From positions 489,502 through 553,501 of the forward strand of contig CAVRGP010000015.1 of the NCBI GenBank assembly GCA_963720755.1: DNA of 64,000 nucleotides. The letters run 5' to 3'. Position numbers and translations under genes: made by a program. Positions 27,709 to 38,673 of the stretch are shown here, in pieces (position 1 is the first letter of the stretch; the number at the start of each line of letters is the position of its first letter). Below the pieces are notes generated by a model, which saw only the letters and a list, made by a program, of their open reading frames with translations, did not search any database and was not told the DNA's origin. This DNA is from an uncultured Chloroflexia bacterium (GTDB taxonomy: Bacteria; Chloroflexota; Limnocylindria; Limnocylindrales; CSP1-4).

Positions 27709-30061
27709 ATGGATCCCCGGTCGATCGCGCTGCTCGAATTCCCGGACATCCAGGCGCGCCTGGCCGCCGCGACCTCGTTCGCTCCCTCCCGACGTATGGC
27801 GGGATCGCTGCTGCCGTCGAGTGATCCCGTGATCGTCGCACGAGGACTCGATGAGACCGACCAGACCCGGGCGCTCCTCGAGGAACGTCCAGGCGCCTCG
27901 ATCGGCGCGGCCAGCGACATCGGTCCGGCCATCGATCGGGCGGAGAGGGGTGGGCGCCTGGATCCGCCACAGTTCCTGGAGATCGCCGCCACGCTGGACG
28001 CGACGGCTCGGCTGGCGACGTTGCTGGCCGACGACCGGCGCCCGCTCATCCGTCAGGTCGGGTCCGACCTGCACGCGTTGCCGGCGCTCCGGTCCACGCT
28101 GGCACGCAGCTTCGATCCTGTGGGGGAGCTTCTCGATACCGCCTCACCGCGCCTCGGCGGGTTGCGATCGTCGGTCAGGGTCGCCTACGAACGGCTGCGC
28201 CGCCGGCTGGACGCCCTGATCGGCGCGGAGCTCGGGAGCGCCCTGCAGGAGCCGATCATCACCCTACGGAATGGACGCTACGTCGTGCCCGTGAAGGCCG
28301 AAGCCCGAGCAAGGGTGAAGGGTATCGTCCACGACGCATCGGGCAGCGGACAGACACTGTTCATCGAGCCGATGGTCGCGGTCGAACTCGGCAACGCCTG
28401 GCGCGAGGCGCAAGTCGCCGAGTCGGAGGAGATCGCCCGGATCCTGGATGCCCTGTCCGCGCTGGTCGCCGCGAACGCGGAAGCTCTGCGCGAGACGCTC
28501 GATGCTCTGGCCCGATTCGACCTGTGGGTGGCCAAGGCCACGTTGGCCGCCGAGATGGGCGCCACCCGTGTCGACACCACGGACCGGGCCGAAGTGATCC
28601 TCCTGTCGGCCCGGCATCCGGGACTGACCGGACGTGTCGTCCCGATCGATATCCGCATCGGTGATGGGTACACGGCGCTCATCGTCACGGGTCCCAACAC
28701 CGGCGGGAAGACCGTCACGCTGCGCACGCTCGGGCTGCTCAGTCTCATGCATCAGGCAGGTCTCCACATCCCCGCCGAACCCGGTAGCCGCCTGCCGATC
28801 TGGCGCGACGTGTTCGCCGATATCGGCGATGAACAGTCGGTCGCGCAGTCCCTCTCGACCTTTTCGGGTCACCTGCGCTCGATCATCCGGATCGTCGAAA
28901 TGGCCGGACCCGGAACCCTGGTCCTCCTCGACGAGCTCGGCGCGGGGACGGATCCGACCGAAGGCTCGGCGCTGGCCCAGGCCCTTCTCGATCATTTCAT
29001 CCGTGCCGGAGCGCTCGTAGCGGCGACCACGCACTACGCCGAGTTGAAGGCGTATGCGCATACGACCGCCGGTGCCCGGAACGCGGCCGTCGAATTCGAC
29101 CTAGACACGCTCTCGCCGACCTATCGGCTCACGATCGGATTGCCCGGCGGCAGCCAGGCGTTCGCGATCGCGGAGCGTCTTGGCCTGCCGGAGGGTATCG
29201 TCGACGACGCTCGGTCGCGGTTGAGCGAATCACAGCGGTCGTTCGAGGCGACCCTGGCGGCGATCAAGGCGACCGAGGGCGAGACGGGGGCGACCCTGGA
29301 CCGGGCCCGTGCGGCCGAGATCCGGGCGACCGAGGCGCTGCGTGTCGCGGAGGACGAACGCCGACGAGCGCGGCGCGAACGCGAGGAGGCAGTAACGGCA
29401 GCCCGCTTCGAGGCCGAGCAGATCGTCGGTGCGCTTCGTGCCGAGGTCAGTTCGACGCGGGAGGCGCTTGAACGGCAGACCGTGACGGCCCCGGGGCTCG
29501 ACGATGCCATCGCCCGCGCCGAAGAAACGCTCGAGCGATTGCCCCAGGGCGAACCTGCCCCAGTGGTCGAGCCCATCGTGGAACGGACCTGGCGATTGGG
29601 AGAACGCGCACGGAGCCGGTCCGCGGATTGGGATGGACGGATCGTGGCGCTGGAGCGAGGCGGGCGCCGGGCAACGCTCGAGGTCGGCGGACTTCGGGTG
29701 TCGGTCGATGTCGTCGATCTCGTTCCGGCCATCGGCGATGAATCGCCGGTCGATGACGATCGACGCGACACGAACGATGCGAGACAGCCCGACCGCGATC
29801 CGGCGAGAGCGAGCGGCGTCCGTCGCTTCGTCGCTTGACCTGCGAGGTGCCCGAGTCGATGAGGCGCTCGATGCGCTGTCCCGCTATCTCGATGACGCTG
29901 GCCTGGCCGGGCTCGACAAGGTGCTGATCATCCACGGGATGGGGACCGGGGCGATCCGGGACGCCGTCCGCCGGTCAGCCGCGGACCATCCCCTGGTGAA
30001 GTCCCTCCGCCCCGGTCAACGAGGCGAGGGCGGGGACGGAGCGACGATCGTCGAGTTCTGA
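27709..30061 (+). CDS. mutS2: Endonuclease MutS2 with a +1 frameshift before the Smr domain
   Basis: TGPNTGGKT, QSLSTFSGH, DELGAGTDPTEG and TTHY in frame 1. Smr domain (LDLRG...IIHGMGTG...GGDGAT) in frame 2. The shift lies at about 29760-29795. Confidence 0.92.
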
Positions 30062-30065
30062 GCCG

Positions 30066-32804
30066 TCAGGGCTTGGCGGACGCCTTCGGGCCATTGCCTG
30101 GCTTGGGCGTCGCGCCGGGCGCCGGCGTCGCACTCGGCGCCGGCACGCAGGTCGGGGTCGGCCCGACGGGCAGCGACGGTGTCGGGGTCGGCAGCGCCGA
30201 TGGGTCGCAGTACACCGGTGGCGGGGCGAGGGGACAGGTCTTGCTGGGCATGAACCTGGCACCCCACGTCCGTCCGAACGGGTAGAACCCCGACCCGTAG
30301 AAGTAGGAGGTCCGGGAACCCTTGAGGCCACCCCCGACGCCCGATCCTCGCGCGGCGCGGGCGCCCCAGGCCATGTCGGCTTTCTGCCAGGACGGGAAGT
30401 TCGCCTCCACCGAGGAGAGATCGAAGAAGCCGCGGGTCACCTTCGGCCCGACACAACCGTCCTGCCAGAGCAGACCGCTCGCGGCGTCGATCGCGGCGGC
30501 CACCCGGTAGGTCTCCTTCTGCTTGGGGACCGTGCCGGGCAGGAACAGCTCCTTGATCGTCCGCGTGGTGAAGGGACCGGGCTTCAGGCCGGTGTAGGCG
30601 TCCACCGTGGCGGTGACGAGGCCCTTCGGCGGGCTGAACGAGGCGATCTTCGTGCCCTTGGTGACATCCCCGAGGATCGCCGACCAGAGCGGTGCGGATG
30701 TGTCGAGCGACAGCTTCCCGGAGTTGGGGCTGTTGTCACTGTTGCCCATCCAGACGCCGACCGCCAACGCCGGTGCCTTCGGGTCGTTGGGCGGGGCGAC
30801 GAAGCCGAACGCGGCCACGTCCACGTTGTCCTGCGTCGTGCCGGTCTTGTACGCCGCCGGGCGTCGGACACCGTGGTCGTAGATGGCCCACTTGCCCCAG
30901 AACGGGTTGACCGACTTCTCGGTATTGCCGGAAAGGATGTCGGTGACGATGTAGGCGGCGCCCGGATCGACGACCTGCTTGCCTTCAGCCAGATCGCCCG
31001 CCTTCGGCCAATAGACCTGGCCCTTGCTGTCGTAGATCGTCTTGATCATCCGCCGGGGCATCAGCTTGCCTTCATTGGCCATCATGCTGTACGCACCCAG
31101 CAGATCGATGTAATGGACATCGAGCGTTCCGATGCCCTCTGACACGACCGCACTGGTGCCCGGAAAGTACTGCAGGCCGAAGTCCTTGGTCCGTTCGACG
31201 ACATGGTCGAGGCCGGTCATGATCGTGGCCTTGATGGCCGGGATGTTCAGCGAGAACTGGAGCGCCTCGCGGATCCTGACCGGACCGCGCTCGACATGGT
31301 CGGCCTGGGTCGGGATGTATCCGCCGCCGAAATTCGTGGTGACATCCATGATCATGGTCGCTGCGGTCAACGTCTTGTCATCGATGCCGACGAGGTAGTT
31401 GATCGGTTTGATCGATGAACCCGGCTGTCGCCATCCATCCGAGAGCACGTCCCACTGTGGCTGGAACTTCTTGTTCCCTTTCGAGGTGTAGCTGGCCGAG
31501 CCCATGTAGGCCATGATCTCGCCGGTCCGATAATCCTGGACCGCCGCGGCGGCGTTGTTGACGTTCTGGCCGCGCAGACTCAGGATCCACGACCGATCGG
31601 CCTTCGGGATCTTGCGGCTGTTCAGGATGGCTGTCGGGTTCTTGGCGTTGGTCGCCCGAGCCGCGACGTAGACCCACTTCTCGACGTCCTTCTGCATCGA
31701 CCAGTCAAGTGTCGTGATGACCCTGTAGCCGCCGGTGTCGACTTCGGGGCAGTCGCTTGGGGTGTCGGGGCAGAACATCTCGCCGAGCTGCTGGCGGACC
31801 TGCCAGTCGAACTGCGGGGCCCTCCAGGCCGTCGAGAACTGGCGGACCAACTCGACCGGCTCGCTCTTGGCGGCCTCGTATTCCGCGGTCGTGTGCTTGG
31901 ACCCGCTCAGCGGACTGCGCGTCTCCATCAGCTCAAGGACCTTGTTACGGCGCTGGACGATCTCGGAATCCTGGGGCACGACCAACTTGAAGTCCGGACA
32001 TTCCTGACCTTCGGTGACGTTGTCCAGGCACACCTCCGTGGCGTTGCGGACGAGGTCATAGCTGGTGGGGGACTGCGGGATCGCCGCCAGGATCGCGTCC
32101 TGGGCGAGCGTCAGCTGATCGAGGGACTTGCCGAAGTAGGTCCGGGCGGCGGCTTTCACCCCGTAGCTCTGGTTGCCGTAGAAGTTCTGGTTGAGGTAGG
32201 CCGTGATGATCTGCTGCTTTCCGGCCTCGCCGGGGGGCAGTTCCTGGGTCAGACGGATCGACTGGATGATCTCGCGGATCTTGCGCTCGTAGGTGGTGCC
32301 CTCGAACGCAGACGCTGGCAGGAGACGGGCCCGGACGAGCTGCTGGGTGATCGTCGACGCGCCGCGCGGCTTGCCGGTCAGGGTGTCGATCCCGGCCGAC
32401 ACGATACCGATCGGATCGAATCCCGGATTGATCCAGAAGTCCTTGTCTTCGACCGCTGTCGTGGCATCGATGATCTCTGGAGGCAGTTGGTCAAACGTGA
32501 CCAGCTCTCGCTTGAGCTCACCGAGGCGGGCCAACTCCGTCGTCCCGGTTCGGTCGTAGAGCACCGTCTGCTGCTCGAAATCGATGTTCGTCAGGGCGGT
32601 GACGGGGTCGGGGAGTCCCTGCGCGTAGTAGTTGTAGGCACCGACGCCCACCACGACCCCAGCGGCAGCGACGATGCCGCCGGTGGCGATCAGGGCGATC
32701 AGGACGATGAGGGCGATCCGTCCGGCGATCGTCCCAGCTCGTCCCGGGGGTCGACGCTGAAGCGCTCTTCGGTGGCGCTGGCGCCGCGCGAGACTAGTCT
32801 GCAT
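30066..32804 (-). CDS. Class A penicillin-binding protein (transglycosylase/transpeptidase)
   Basis: EDKDF, GASTITQQL and RKIRE. SxxK (SSIK), SLN and KTGT. N-terminal TM. Confidence 0.95.
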   Translation of the reverse strand: MQTSLARRQRHRRALQRRPPGRAGTIAGRIALIVLIALIATGGIVAAAGVVVGVGAYNYYAQGLPDPVTALTNIDFEQQTVLYDRTGTTELARLGELKRELVTFDQLPPEIIDATTAVEDKDFWINPGFDPIGIVSAGIDTLTGKPRGASTITQQLVRARLLPASAFEGTTYERKIREIIQSIRLTQELPPGEAGKQQIITAYLNQNFYGNQSYGVKAAARTYFGKSLDQLTLAQDAILAAIPQSPTSYDLVRNATEVCLDNVTEGQECPDFKLVVPQDSEIVQRRNKVLELMETRSPLSGSKHTTAEYEAAKSEPVELVRQFSTAWRAPQFDWQVRQQLGEMFCPDTPSDCPEVDTGGYRVITTLDWSMQKDVEKWVYVAARATNAKNPTAILNSRKIPKADRSWILSLRGQNVNNAAAAVQDYRTGEIMAYMGSASYTSKGNKKFQPQWDVLSDGWRQPGSSIKPINYLVGIDDKTLTAATMIMDVTTNFGGGYIPTQADHVERGPVRIREALQFSLNIPAIKATIMTGLDHVVERTKDFGLQYFPGTSAVVSEGIGTLDVHYIDLLGAYSMMANEGKLMPRRMIKTIYDSKGQVYWPKAGDLAEGKQVVDPGAAYIVTDILSGNTEKSVNPFWGKWAIYDHGVRRPAAYKTGTTQDNVDVAAFGFVAPPNDPKAPALAVGVWMGNSDNSPNSGKLSLDTSAPLWSAILGDVTKGTKIASFSPPKGLVTATVDAYTGLKPGPFTTRTIKELFLPGTVPKQKETYRVAAAIDAASGLLWQDGCVGPKVTRGFFDLSSVEANFPSWQKADMAWGARAARGSGVGGGLKGSRTSYFYGSGFYPFGRTWGARFMPSKTCPLAPPPVYCDPSALPTPTPSLPVGPTPTCVPAPSATPAPGATPKPGNGPKASAKP

Positions 32805-32887
32805 CTGAGGCCGCACGATAGCATAGGAGGCGTAATTCAACGGTCGGCGCCTGGCGCCATCTTCGAGACGACCCGACGGTCCGACCT

Positions 32888-34201
32888 GTGACGAGCCCTG
32901 CGAGACCGGCCGGATCGGATCCGGCTGGCGGCCTGCTCGCCGAACTCGAGTGGCGTGGCATCCTGCATGCGACCACGCCGGGGCTGCCCGCCCGGCTTGC
33001 GCGCGATCCGAATATCCGCGGGTACATCGGGTTCGACCCCACTGCGGACTCGCTCCACGTCGGCCACCTCGTGCCGATCTTCGGATTGCTGCGTCTCCAA
33101 CGCTTCGGCGGCCGGCCGGTCGCGGTCGTTGGCGGTGGAACGGGGATGATCGGCGACCCGTCGGGTCGATCGTCGGAACGGAACCTGCTGGACAAGGCGA
33201 CGCTGGATCGGAATGTCGCGGCGATCGGGGCGCAGCTGGAGCGCTTCCTGGACTTTGGTCCGGGCCCTCATGGCGCCGTCATGGTCGACAACATGGACTG
33301 GTTGGGCGAGCTATCCCTCATCGAATTCCTGCGGGACACTGGGAAGCACTTCACCGTGCCGTACATGCTCGACAAGGAGTCCGTGAAGGTGCGTCTCGCG
33401 CGCGGCCTGTCGTTCACCGAGTTCAGCTACATGACCTTGCAGGCCTACGACTTCGCACATCTGCATCGGACGATTGGCGTCGAACTCCAGATGGGCGGTG
33501 CGGATCAGTGGGGCAACATCACGGCCGGGTTGGAGCTGATTCGACGCACGTCCGGCGATGTGGCGGCCGACGCCCCGGACGCCGCCCATGGACTTGCCTA
33601 CAAGCTGCTGCTCTCGCCGTCGGGCACGAAATTCGGCAAGAGCGAGGCCGGCGAGTCCATCTGGCTGGATCCGGCTCGGACGTCGCCGTCCGCCTTCTAT
33701 CAGTACTGGTTGAACCAGGATGACCGCGACGTCGGGACCTACCTTCGCTGGTTCACGGAGCTCCCGCAGGCGGAGATCGATGCCCTTGAGATCCGGATGT
33801 CGGCCGAACCAGAGGCGAGGCCGGCGCAACGTGCCCTGGCTCGAGACATCACCGCCCGGACCCACGGCGACGATGCCGCTCGGAGAGCGGCAGACGATGC
33901 CGCCGCCAGGTTCTCGCCCGGTGCGATCGATGACCCAGCGGTCCTGGCGTCGTTGTTCGAGTCCTCCGGCGGATTCGGATTCGAGCCGGGCTGGCTGGCA
34001 GCGGGCGTCGCCGTCCTGCTCGCCGAAGCTGGTGTCCTCGGATCACGGGGTGAGGTCCGTCGGTTGATCTCGAGTGGGGGCCTGACGGTGAATGGCGTGC
34101 GGGTCACCGACCCGGCGTTCATCCCGGAGCCGGTCGGCGGGATCTGGCTCGATGTGAAGATCGGCAAGCGGCGGCGGGAGATCGGTCGACGCCGGGGCTA
34201 G
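32888..34201 (+). CDS. tyrS: Tyrosine--tRNA ligase
   Basis: GFDPTADSLHVGH, QMGGADQWGNI, KFGKS and an S4 domain. Confidence 0.98.
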   Translation: MTSPARPAGSDPAGGLLAELEWRGILHATTPGLPARLARDPNIRGYIGFDPTADSLHVGHLVPIFGLLRLQRFGGRPVAVVGGGTGMIGDPSGRSSERNLLDKATLDRNVAAIGAQLERFLDFGPGPHGAVMVDNMDWLGELSLIEFLRDTGKHFTVPYMLDKESVKVRLARGLSFTEFSYMTLQAYDFAHLHRTIGVELQMGGADQWGNITAGLELIRRTSGDVAADAPDAAHGLAYKLLLSPSGTKFGKSEAGESIWLDPARTSPSAFYQYWLNQDDRDVGTYLRWFTELPQAEIDALEIRMSAEPEARPAQRALARDITARTHGDDAARRAADDAAARFSPGAIDDPAVLASLFESSGGFGFEPGWLAAGVAVLLAEAGVLGSRGEVRRLISSGGLTVNGVRVTDPAFIPEPVGGIWLDVKIGKRRREIGRRRG

Positions 34202-35364
34202 GATCCGGCCGACGACGGATCGACGAGGACGCTGAGTTCCTGCGCCGCGACGATGAGGCGGTCGTCTTCGTCGGGGTCGCGGATCGTCAGTCGAAGGTGG
34301 TCCGCCAGCGGATGACCCGACCCGAATGTGCGAGGCACCAGCCCACGTGAAAGCAGACCCTCTGCGATCCTCGCCGCCAGATCGGTCGTCCCGAACCCGA
34401 CCAGTAGAAAATTCGTGACGGACGGGCCGACCGACCAGCCCACGGAACGCAAGCCGTCGGTAAGCCGGATCCGTTCCCGTTCCACGCGAGCGAGGTTCGC
34501 AGTCAGCATCCCGGGATCGCTGAGCGCTTCGGTCACGAGGGTGACGGACACGGTCGAAACCGACCCCGGCGGTCGATACGGTGCGAGGCGCGCGATCAGG
34601 CTCGTGCGCGCGATCCCGAAGCCGACCCGGAGGCCGGCCAGGGCATAGGCCTTGCTGGCCGTGCGAACCGTGATCAGGTCCGGATAGTCGGCACGGAGAC
34701 CGACCAAAGACGCGCCGACGAATTCGGCATAGGCCTCGTCAAGGACCACGACCGGCATCGACCGCCGGTCCGCCGCAGCATCCTGGGTGAGGCCCGTCAA
34801 TAACTCGGCGATCGCACCGTCCGGTTCCGCGACGGCCGTCGGGTTGTTCGGGCTGCACAGCCAGACGACTTCCGCCCGCGTCTCGCGAGTCGCCGCTCGG
34901 ATCGCGCCCGCATCGAGCGCGTATCCGGCCGATGCCGACAGACGCGGGACTGGGATTGCGGTCGCGCCACGCTGCTCGGTCAAGACGCGATACATGGCAT
35001 AGGTCGGGACCGGGACGATGGCGTGGCCGCCTTGCGGAAGACACGCCTTGGCCACGATGTCGAGGATCTCGTCTGCCCCTGCGCCGACGATGATCTCAGC
35101 AGGGTCGACCTCGTAGCGGGCCGCCGCGGCCTCCACCAGACGGCGGTAATCGGTCGGCGGGTATTCGGAGAGAGGCGCCTCGAATCGCCCCCTTGCGAGC
35201 AATTCGCCGATCCGTCCCGGTGGGGCAGGGGAGGTGTTGAGGTCGAACCGCACGATCGTCGCGGGATCCAGGCCGTAGCGGCTCGCGACCTGCTCGTCGG
35301 TCGCCTCCCAGCTGTACGCGGCCGGGGCGTTCGGCGACGTATAGGTGACCGGCGTGGGACTCAT
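34198..35364 (-). CDS. hisC: Histidinol-phosphate aminotransferase family protein
   Basis: GADEIL, CSPNNPT, DEAY and RTASKAYALAGLRVG motifs. Confidence 0.85.
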   Translation of the reverse strand: MSPTPVTYTSPNAPAAYSWEATDEQVASRYGLDPATIVRFDLNTSPAPPGRIGELLARGRFEAPLSEYPPTDYRRLVEAAAARYEVDPAEIIVGAGADEILDIVAKACLPQGGHAIVPVPTYAMYRVLTEQRGATAIPVPRLSASAGYALDAGAIRAATRETRAEVVWLCSPNNPTAVAEPDGAIAELLTGLTQDAAADRRSMPVVVLDEAYAEFVGASLVGLRADYPDLITVRTASKAYALAGLRVGFGIARTSLIARLAPYRPPGSVSTVSVTLVTEALSDPGMLTANLARVERERIRLTDGLRSVGWSVGPSVTNFLLVGFGTTDLAARIAEGLLSRGLVPRTFGSGHPLADHLRLTIRDPDEDDRLIVAAQELSVLVDPSSAGS

Positions 35365-35377
35365 CCCGGTCGATCCA

Positions 35378-35659
35378 TCAGGGCTTGTCCAGCATCGCTC
35401 GATAACCACCCTGCCCGTGGTGCAGCCACGAGGCGATGCGGGTGATGGTGGCCGTGCTGGCGCCGGTCTTCTGCGAGATCGCCGCGTAGTGCAGTCCGGC
35501 GTCGAGGAGCCGGACGACCGCCCAACGCTGGGCCATGTCGCGCAGCTCATTGAGCGTGCACAGGTCGCGGAAGAACCGGTCGGCTTCCTCGTTCGTCTCG
35601 AGCCGCAGGATGGTGTCGAAGAGGGCCTCGACGTCGGGGGTCTTCCAGTCGTCGGTCAT
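35378..35659 (-). CDS. YerC/YecD TrpR-like regulator (HisR-like)
   Basis: FFRDLCTLNEL...QRW...TGASTATITR signature. Confidence 0.92.
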   Translation of the reverse strand: MTDDWKTPDVEALFDTILRLETNEEADRFFRDLCTLNELRDMAQRWAVVRLLDAGLHYAAISQKTGASTATITRIASWLHHGQGGYRAMLDKP

Positions 35660-35729
35660 CGTGGGACGCCTCGCTTGGTCAGGTCCGTATCACTGTGCTA
35701 CTACGGTACCACGCCACACGGCCGGTCGG

Positions 35730-37826
35730 TCAGTGTCCGCCGACGTGGCCGCCCGCCGCCTCGATCTCCTTGCGGTGGGTGTCGATGACGCGCTCCGCGA
35801 TATGCGACGGGACATCCTCGTAGTGATCGAGCACGGCGGTGAACGACCCCCGACCCTGGGCCAGCGATCGCAGTTCAGTCGCGTAGCTGAACAACTCTGC
35901 CTGCGGCACCTGCGCGACGATCACCTGTGCGCCATCGTCCAATTCCATGCCCAGGACACGACCGCGTCGTCCGTTGAGGTCGCGGTTGACCTCGCCGAGG
36001 TAGGCCTCGGGGATCCGGATCCTGACCGACATGATCGGCTCCAGGAGCGCCGGCTTGGCTTGCTGGACACCGTCCTTCAGGGCCATCGAGGCGGCGATCT
36101 TGAATGACAGTTCGTTCGAGTCGACCGGGTGGAACGAGCCGTCGTAGAGCGTCGCCCGGAAATCCGACAGTGGGTAGCCGGCGATGACGCCCCCTTCGGC
36201 GGCTTCACGGATACCCTTCTCGACGCCGGCGAAGAAGCCACGAGGCACGGCCCCGCCGACGACTCGTTCGGCGAACTCGACCCCGCCGTCGGGGTTCGGC
36301 TCGAGCTCCAGCCAGACGTCGCCGAACATCCCATGGCCGCCCGTCTGCTTCTTGTATCGGCCATGGACCTGCGTCTTCCCGCGGATCGTCTCCTTGTACG
36401 GCACGCGCGGCGTGTGGGTGACGATGGCGGCACCGAACTTGCGCTTGAGCCGCTCGATGATGACCGCGGTGTGTGCTTCGCCCATCGTTCGGAGGACCTG
36501 CTCGCCGGTCTCGGTCCGCTCCAATCGGACGGTCGGCTCTTCCTCGAGCATCCGGGCGAGTGCCGGACCCATCTTGTCCAGGTCACCCTTGCTCTGCGGT
36601 TCGATGGCGACGAGAAGCGAAGGCTCAGGAAAGACGAGCGGCGGCAGGACGAAGGGATGGTCGCGCCCCGACAATGTATCGCCCGTCTCGGTCACCGACA
36701 GCTTGGCCACCGCGCCGATCTCGCCGGCCTTGAGTTCGCCGATCGGTTCCTGCTCCTTGCCGTGCAGGAGGAGAAGCTGCCCGATCCGCTCATCCTCTTC
36801 GCGGCCGGCATTCCAGACATGCGCCTGCGAATGGAGCGTTCCCGACAGGACGCGGAGGTAGGTCAAGCGGCCCACGAACGGGTCGGCGGTCGTCTTGAAT
36901 ACGCGGACGAGCAGGGGCCCCGCCTCGTCGGCCTCGACCTCGACCGTCGCCCCCGACTTGCCGACGGGCTGGCTGGCGGGTTCATCGGCCGGCGATGGAA
37001 GGTATCGGACGATGGCGTCGAGCAGACCGCGAAGGCCGATCCCCCGGAGCGCGCTGCCGACGAGGACCGGCGCCAGGACCGACTCCTTGACCCCCTTGCG
37101 AAGGCACGCCTCAAGTTCGGGATCCGAGATCGGTTCGCCCTCGAGGTACTTGGTCAGGACGTCGTCGTCCGCTTCAGCCGCGGCCTCGAGCAGCTGGTCG
37201 CGTCGCCGTCCGACCTCAGCCACAAGATCGTCCGGGACGGGGATCTCGACCTCGACACTCCCGTCGAGACGCCACGCCCGCCCGTGGACCAGATCGACAT
37301 AGCCTTCGAACGTATCGGCGGCCCCGATGGCCAACTGGAGTGGCGCAACCTTGTTGCCGAACGCGGCGCGGAGCGCATCGAGGGCCGCGGTCGGGTCGGC
37401 GTTCTCCCGGTCACACTTGTTGATGAAGAAGCAGGCCGCGGTCGTGGTCGCGCGGGCGTGGGCCACGGCCTCCTCCAGGCCCGCCTCGATCCCGCCCGAT
37501 GCGTCCATCACGAAGAACGCGCCGTCTGCTGCGGCGAAGCCCTCGAGCACGTCGGCCACGAAATCGGGATACCCGGGTGTGTCCAGGAGCGAGATCCTCG
37601 TGCCGTCGGCCTCGAAGGTCCCGACCGCCAGGCTGAGCGACTCCCGGCGCTTCTGCTCCTCGGGCTCGAAGTCGAGGTGGGCGGTCCCGTCATCGACCCG
37701 GCCCAGACGTGAGATGGCGCCGGACCGGTGCAGGAGCTGCTCAGCCAGGCTCGTTTTGCCGGCGCCCGCGTGGCCCGCGAGGACCACGGTCCGGAGATGG
37801 GGGAGGTCGACACTCTTCATCGTCAT
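35730..37826 (-). CDS. Elongation factor G paralogue (EF-G2)
   Basis: GHAGAGKT, DTPGYPDF, NKCD and KQTGGHG. G2 region reads RRESL rather than RGITI, and the gene is not in a str operon. Confidence 0.92.
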   Translation of the reverse strand: MTMKSVDLPHLRTVVLAGHAGAGKTSLAEQLLHRSGAISRLGRVDDGTAHLDFEPEEQKRRESLSLAVGTFEADGTRISLLDTPGYPDFVADVLEGFAAADGAFFVMDASGGIEAGLEEAVAHARATTTAACFFINKCDRENADPTAALDALRAAFGNKVAPLQLAIGAADTFEGYVDLVHGRAWRLDGSVEVEIPVPDDLVAEVGRRRDQLLEAAAEADDDVLTKYLEGEPISDPELEACLRKGVKESVLAPVLVGSALRGIGLRGLLDAIVRYLPSPADEPASQPVGKSGATVEVEADEAGPLLVRVFKTTADPFVGRLTYLRVLSGTLHSQAHVWNAGREEDERIGQLLLLHGKEQEPIGELKAGEIGAVAKLSVTETGDTLSGRDHPFVLPPLVFPEPSLLVAIEPQSKGDLDKMGPALARMLEEEPTVRLERTETGEQVLRTMGEAHTAVIIERLKRKFGAAIVTHTPRVPYKETIRGKTQVHGRYKKQTGGHGMFGDVWLELEPNPDGGVEFAERVVGGAVPRGFFAGVEKGIREAAEGGVIAGYPLSDFRATLYDGSFHPVDSNELSFKIAASMALKDGVQQAKPALLEPIMSVRIRIPEAYLGEVNRDLNGRRGRVLGMELDDGAQVIVAQVPQAELFSYATELRSLAQGRGSFTAVLDHYEDVPSHIAERVIDTHRKEIEAAGGHVGGH

Positions 37827-37920
37827 CGGCTTCGTCGATCCTTCGTTTGCAGCAGGGGAGGGACGTCCGCGGGAGGTTCGTGGGGTTGGCTCATGATAGT
37901 CCGCTATACTCCGGCCCGCG

Positions 37921-38673
37921 ATGTCAGGACATAGCAAGTGGTCCACGATCAAGCGCGCCAAGGGCATCACCGACGCCAGGCGTGGTGCGCTCTTCACCAA
38001 GGTCGCCCGTGAGATCAGCGTGGCCGCCCGCCAGGGTGGCGGCGACCCGGACGCGAATTATCGGCTTCGGCTGGCCATCGACAAGGCCCGTTCCGTCAAC
38101 ATGCCGGCCGACAACATCAAGCGAACGATCGACAAGGCGACCGGCGGCGGCGACGCCGAAGCCTACGAGGAGATCGTCTACGAGGGATACGGCCCGGGTG
38201 GCGTGGCCGTCCTGGTCGAGGCCCAGACCGACAATCGCAATCGCACCGCGGCCGAGGTCCGCTCGATGTTCGCCAAGAGTGGTGGTCAGCTGGCGGGTTC
38301 CGGCGCGGTTGCCTGGCAATTCGAGCCGCGCGGCTGGATCAGCGTCCCTCGGGACGGCAACGACGCCGACGAGATCGCACTCACCGCGATCGACGCAGGA
38401 GCGGAAGACGTCGACACCGATGGTGACGAAACGATCGACATCTACACCTCCCCGGCCGATCTCGAAGAGATCCGCAAGCGCCTCGAAGCCGCCGGGATCC
38501 AGGTCGACACCGCCGAATCGGCGATGATCGCCAAGCAGACCGTCGAGCTTGATTCGTCGAAGGCTCGCCAGGCATTGCGGCTTGTCGAGCTGCTCGAGGA
38601 TCTCGACGACGTCCAGCGGGTGACGGCGAACTTCGACATCCCCGAGGATGTCTTTGCCGAGGTCGCTGGGTGA
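37921..38673 (+). CDS. yebC: YebC/PmpR family protein
   Basis: MSGHSKWSTIK, YEGYGPGG and TDNRNRT motifs. Confidence 0.97.
   Translation: MSGHSKWSTIKRAKGITDARRGALFTKVAREISVAARQGGGDPDANYRLRLAIDKARSVNMPADNIKRTIDKATGGGDAEAYEEIVYEGYGPGGVAVLVEAQTDNRNRTAAEVRSMFAKSGGQLAGSGAVAWQFEPRGWISVPRDGNDADEIALTAIDAGAEDVDTDGDETIDIYTSPADLEEIRKRLEAAGIQVDTAESAMIAKQTVELDSSKARQALRLVELLEDLDDVQRVTANFDIPEDVFAEVAG

Noticed and set aside
32805-32887. T-box upstream of tyrS
   Set aside because: An 83-bp divergent intergenic region with no T-box motifs.
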